DNA of 63,509 nt, the filler included, from Octopus bimaculoides (taxonomy: Eukaryota), in the NCBI RefSeq assembly GCF_001194135.2. It is 7 parts of 6 records of this genome, joined end to end, with 100 filler letters (N's around TTAATTAATTAA, not from the genome) between each part and the next. Parts side by side here need not be neighbours in the genome. Positions count along the whole stretch, not along the records: positions 53,402 to 63,509 come from NW_026396787.1; 6 more parts are not named here. The stretch is one strand, 5' to 3'. The translations under genes were made by a program, and so were the position numbers. This document shows positions 60,441-63,509 of this stretch, in pieces (the first letter of the stretch is position 1; every line of letters begins with the position of its first letter). The notes beneath the pieces are model-generated. The model ran no database searches. It was not told where the DNA came from and saw only the letters and a program-made list of their open reading frames with translations.

Positions 60441-61001
60441 GTGCATATATATATATATAAATCATGTGCATGTAAGTATATTATATATATTTATATATTC
60501 AGAAACTCATGAATGTATATATTATATATTACATACATCTATATGTATGTGTATGAATTTACTTATGCATATATACATATATCACACACACTCATACACT
60601 TTTGACATCTTTCGTAAACACCAAGTAAATCACTGACAATAGAAACTTTTGTATTTTAAAAGAGAAATCAATTTGTCATGAATATTTGAATGCTAGATCA
60701 ATAGTCTTTATACTTCAGACACCAAATTTGAATAAGTGCTTTGAGTTAAATATGAGAATGATTAAGAAAAATATTTTTATTATATTATTAATGACAATTT
60801 AATTTTTAGTGACTTTAATAGGTTTATTTCAGTTGGTCATCATTCAGAGACAAGATTTGTACAAAAAGTAGAAAACATTGAGAGGTAAGTAAGGAGAGAA
60901 AGGGAGTATTTCCTACCTTCTATGTTAATTTCTTGTTTCTTAATCTTTCATGTTTTTTAACTATTGTTTTGTTTTAAGTTTGTTATCAAAATCTTTAAGG
61001 C

Positions 61002-61081
61002 TGCCAGTAATTATCAAATTTTACACAAAATATCACTATGACCAATAACAACAAGAAACCAGTGGCTAGAATCCTGTATTT
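61002..61081 (+). repeat. 80-bp direct repeat, copy 2
   Basis: Matches 57931-58010 at 77 of 80 positions. Confidence 0.9.
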
Positions 61082-61989
61082 TACTTGCTAATTAAGGGAT
61101 TCTGAAGTTTGTGTGTAAGTTTAATTTTTAAAGAACACATTCTGAAAAAAATTCATTTTGTTTTAAAAGTTTGTACTGCATTAAAATAATACAAAATCTA
61201 TTTGAAACATATTTTTATATATAATGTTGTTGATTGAGGCAGCTTATACTGCTCATTTAGTAAAAGCAAAAAATATTCAACCCTTTGTTAATTTATTACC
61301 AGGTATATGGCACAGCTAATCTAAAGCTCTCAGTAATACAGCAGTGCTAATAATGATTCCTTCCATTAGCAAAAAGCCAGTGTCAAGAATAATAATAATA
61401 ATAAACAATATATAGTAGAAGCATAATTAATGTGTTGTGGGATTATTTAGATAACATCATAAAACAAAACTATTCTTTGACACAGTTTGAAAATATTTAG
61501 GATAATAAAAAAGATGTTTAAATGGTTTTCAATTCTATATCTCTGTCTTTTTTTAACCCTCTTATTTTAGAATGATATCTAAGAAATTTGTTGACACAAA
61601 TCAGATTTCCTAATCTAAATTTGTTTTCCTTTGTTGATTAATTTTGACTATTACAAAACACTTAAAATTGAAGATAGAGTTTAAGACCCAAACGTGTTGC
61701 TTGTGTAGGAATATTCCTGGAATTCAACTTTCAACCTTAGATTTATAATACCATGCACTTGAAAACCAGAAGAGGAAGTATATAATGAATATCTGTTGGT
61801 GTCTGTTATTATTTTTAGTGTGTGTGTGTGCACATGTGTGTGTATAATAATACTTTAATTTGAAAATGATTGTGAAGGTCTCAAAACATCAGTTTAAAGG
61901 ATTTAGGGAAATGTTTTTGTTTCAAATCAAACAAAGAGATAATAGAATATGAAATATCTAATATAATGTTTCAAAGAGAAGCACTTCTT

Positions 61990-62052
<63 letters not shown>

Positions 62053-63014
62053 TGGTTGTCTACTCCTTATGCAGAATTTGACCACCTCCTGTACCTACAC
62101 CTTAGAACCATCATGGCATCTGATGTGGCTTTTTAAACCAGACAATGTTCTGAAAAGATTGCATATCTGAGTTGGACTACCAAAAGCTGCAGATAAGTTC
62201 TGATCTTTGTGGATCTTAAAATGTCAGATTGCTCTTGAATGCTACTGGTAACATGTAATCCAGTGTATACACACACACACACACACACAAGTAAGTGTGT
62301 GCTTAATTTGCCTCAGATAGTGTTGCAAAAAACTCATTGAAAATGTATTTTTTTTACATGATATAAGGATGAATAAGACCAAAATTGCTTATATGATATA
62401 TTCATAATTTTATCAAATACCTCCTTGTAATACATGTCTGAGATCTGTTGTTCTAAATAGAATTATAATGCTTTTGAATACTTATTTCTTCTCAAGAGAT
62501 GAAAGATATTTGCTTCAAATGATAAAGTTTTAATCTGAAAAATTGCAGTATATTCAAAAGAAAGAAAAAGTTGCTGCAAAATAACAACACTAAGAAAGAA
62601 GTGAACACATGTGTCTGAATGTGTAACTGTAAACAATTTGTAACAACTATTTTTAGAAATGTAATTGCCTTTTCTAAGAGATTTTGGTTTATCACAATTC
62701 TTTTGTTTCTTTCCAGTAGATATGAATTTGTTTTCTGAAATATTAGCCACTATCTGGCATCCATTTTTACCTGCTAACATGTTAAATAGGTTTTGCAAGT
62801 TCAAAATTTTTCATATTGTGTTTATGCAGTCAGCCACTTCTTATTGCTAATAAATTAACTGTAAACTATAAAGCAAGCAGAGTTATTTGTGTTGACTAAA
62901 AGCTGTAGTAAGATTCAAACTTATCATGTGGTGTGTGGTTTAGCCAAACCACATATGGTCATAAAAGATATACATATATATACACACACATACATATATA
63001 CAGAATTATATCAT

Positions 63015-63300
63015 CATCATCATCATTGTTTAATGTCCACCTTCCATGCTAGCATGGATGAGACGGTTTCACAAGAGCCAGCCAGGCAGAAGCCTGCACC
63101 AGGATTCTGTGACTGTTTTGGCATGATTTTTACAGCTGGATGCCCTTACTAACACTGACCACACAGCAGAGTGCTTTTTACATGGCATAAGCACAGGGGA
63201 GGTCAGTATTGGCAAGGTTTTTACAGTTGAATGCCCTTCCGAATACCTACCACTTTACATTGTGGACCGGGTGCTTTTAGGTGGTACCTTCACTTACAGG
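63015..63300 (-). mobile_element. SINE family D
   Basis: (CAT)n tail, CTTCCATGCTAGCATGGA..TACAGCTGGATGCCCTT. Confidence 0.75.
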
Positions 63301-63509
63301 GTCAACAGGTATTTGCAAGACAAAAAAAAAACTTTCAAGAGGGGAGGGGGCATTGGAGGAGGTGATCTTGTGCCGGATGATGAAAGGTTATAGTGAGACA
63401 GAAACAGGTGTCTTGCTGTAGAGGAAGTACAAGGTGACAGAGAGAGAGATGCGAGGAATGAAGATATACATGTATATATATGTGTGTGTGTGTGTATATA
63501 TATATATAT

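Overview
AT-rich, microsatellite- and retroposon-dense animal genomic DNA from a gapped draft scaffold. The SINE repertoire looks like Octopus (inference). The only confidently identifiable protein-coding gene is VAC14, the scaffold of the PIKfyve/FIG4 PI(3,5)P2 complex, on the minus strand. Eight internal exons (45372 down to 32328; 1113 nt, 371 codons) splice in frame with canonical GT-AG ends. Its 5' exons and last exons were not found in the window. Two of its introns start with the minor-spliceosome (U12) donor GTATCCTTT. The rest is transposon debris: four or more tRNA-/RTE-related SINE families, Tx1-like, R4/Dong-like, RTE and CR1-like LINE fragments, a Gypsy LTR+gag remnant, a full-length decayed mariner, Tc1 remnants, MITEs and a HINE-like element. 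Most ORFs in the supplied track are microsatellite or N-gap artefacts. The most unusual signals are: (1) a tRNA-headed SINE carrying a minimal hammerhead-ribozyme fold (two copies, plus a related variant in a Penelope-like repeat); (2) the two U12 introns; (3) three retroelement classes piling into (AAT)n microsatellites; (4) a 209-bp fold-back and a pre-miRNA-like intronic hairpin; (5) a tandem CTCF-like/CRE-like 48-bp dimer near orphan plus-strand exon candidates.
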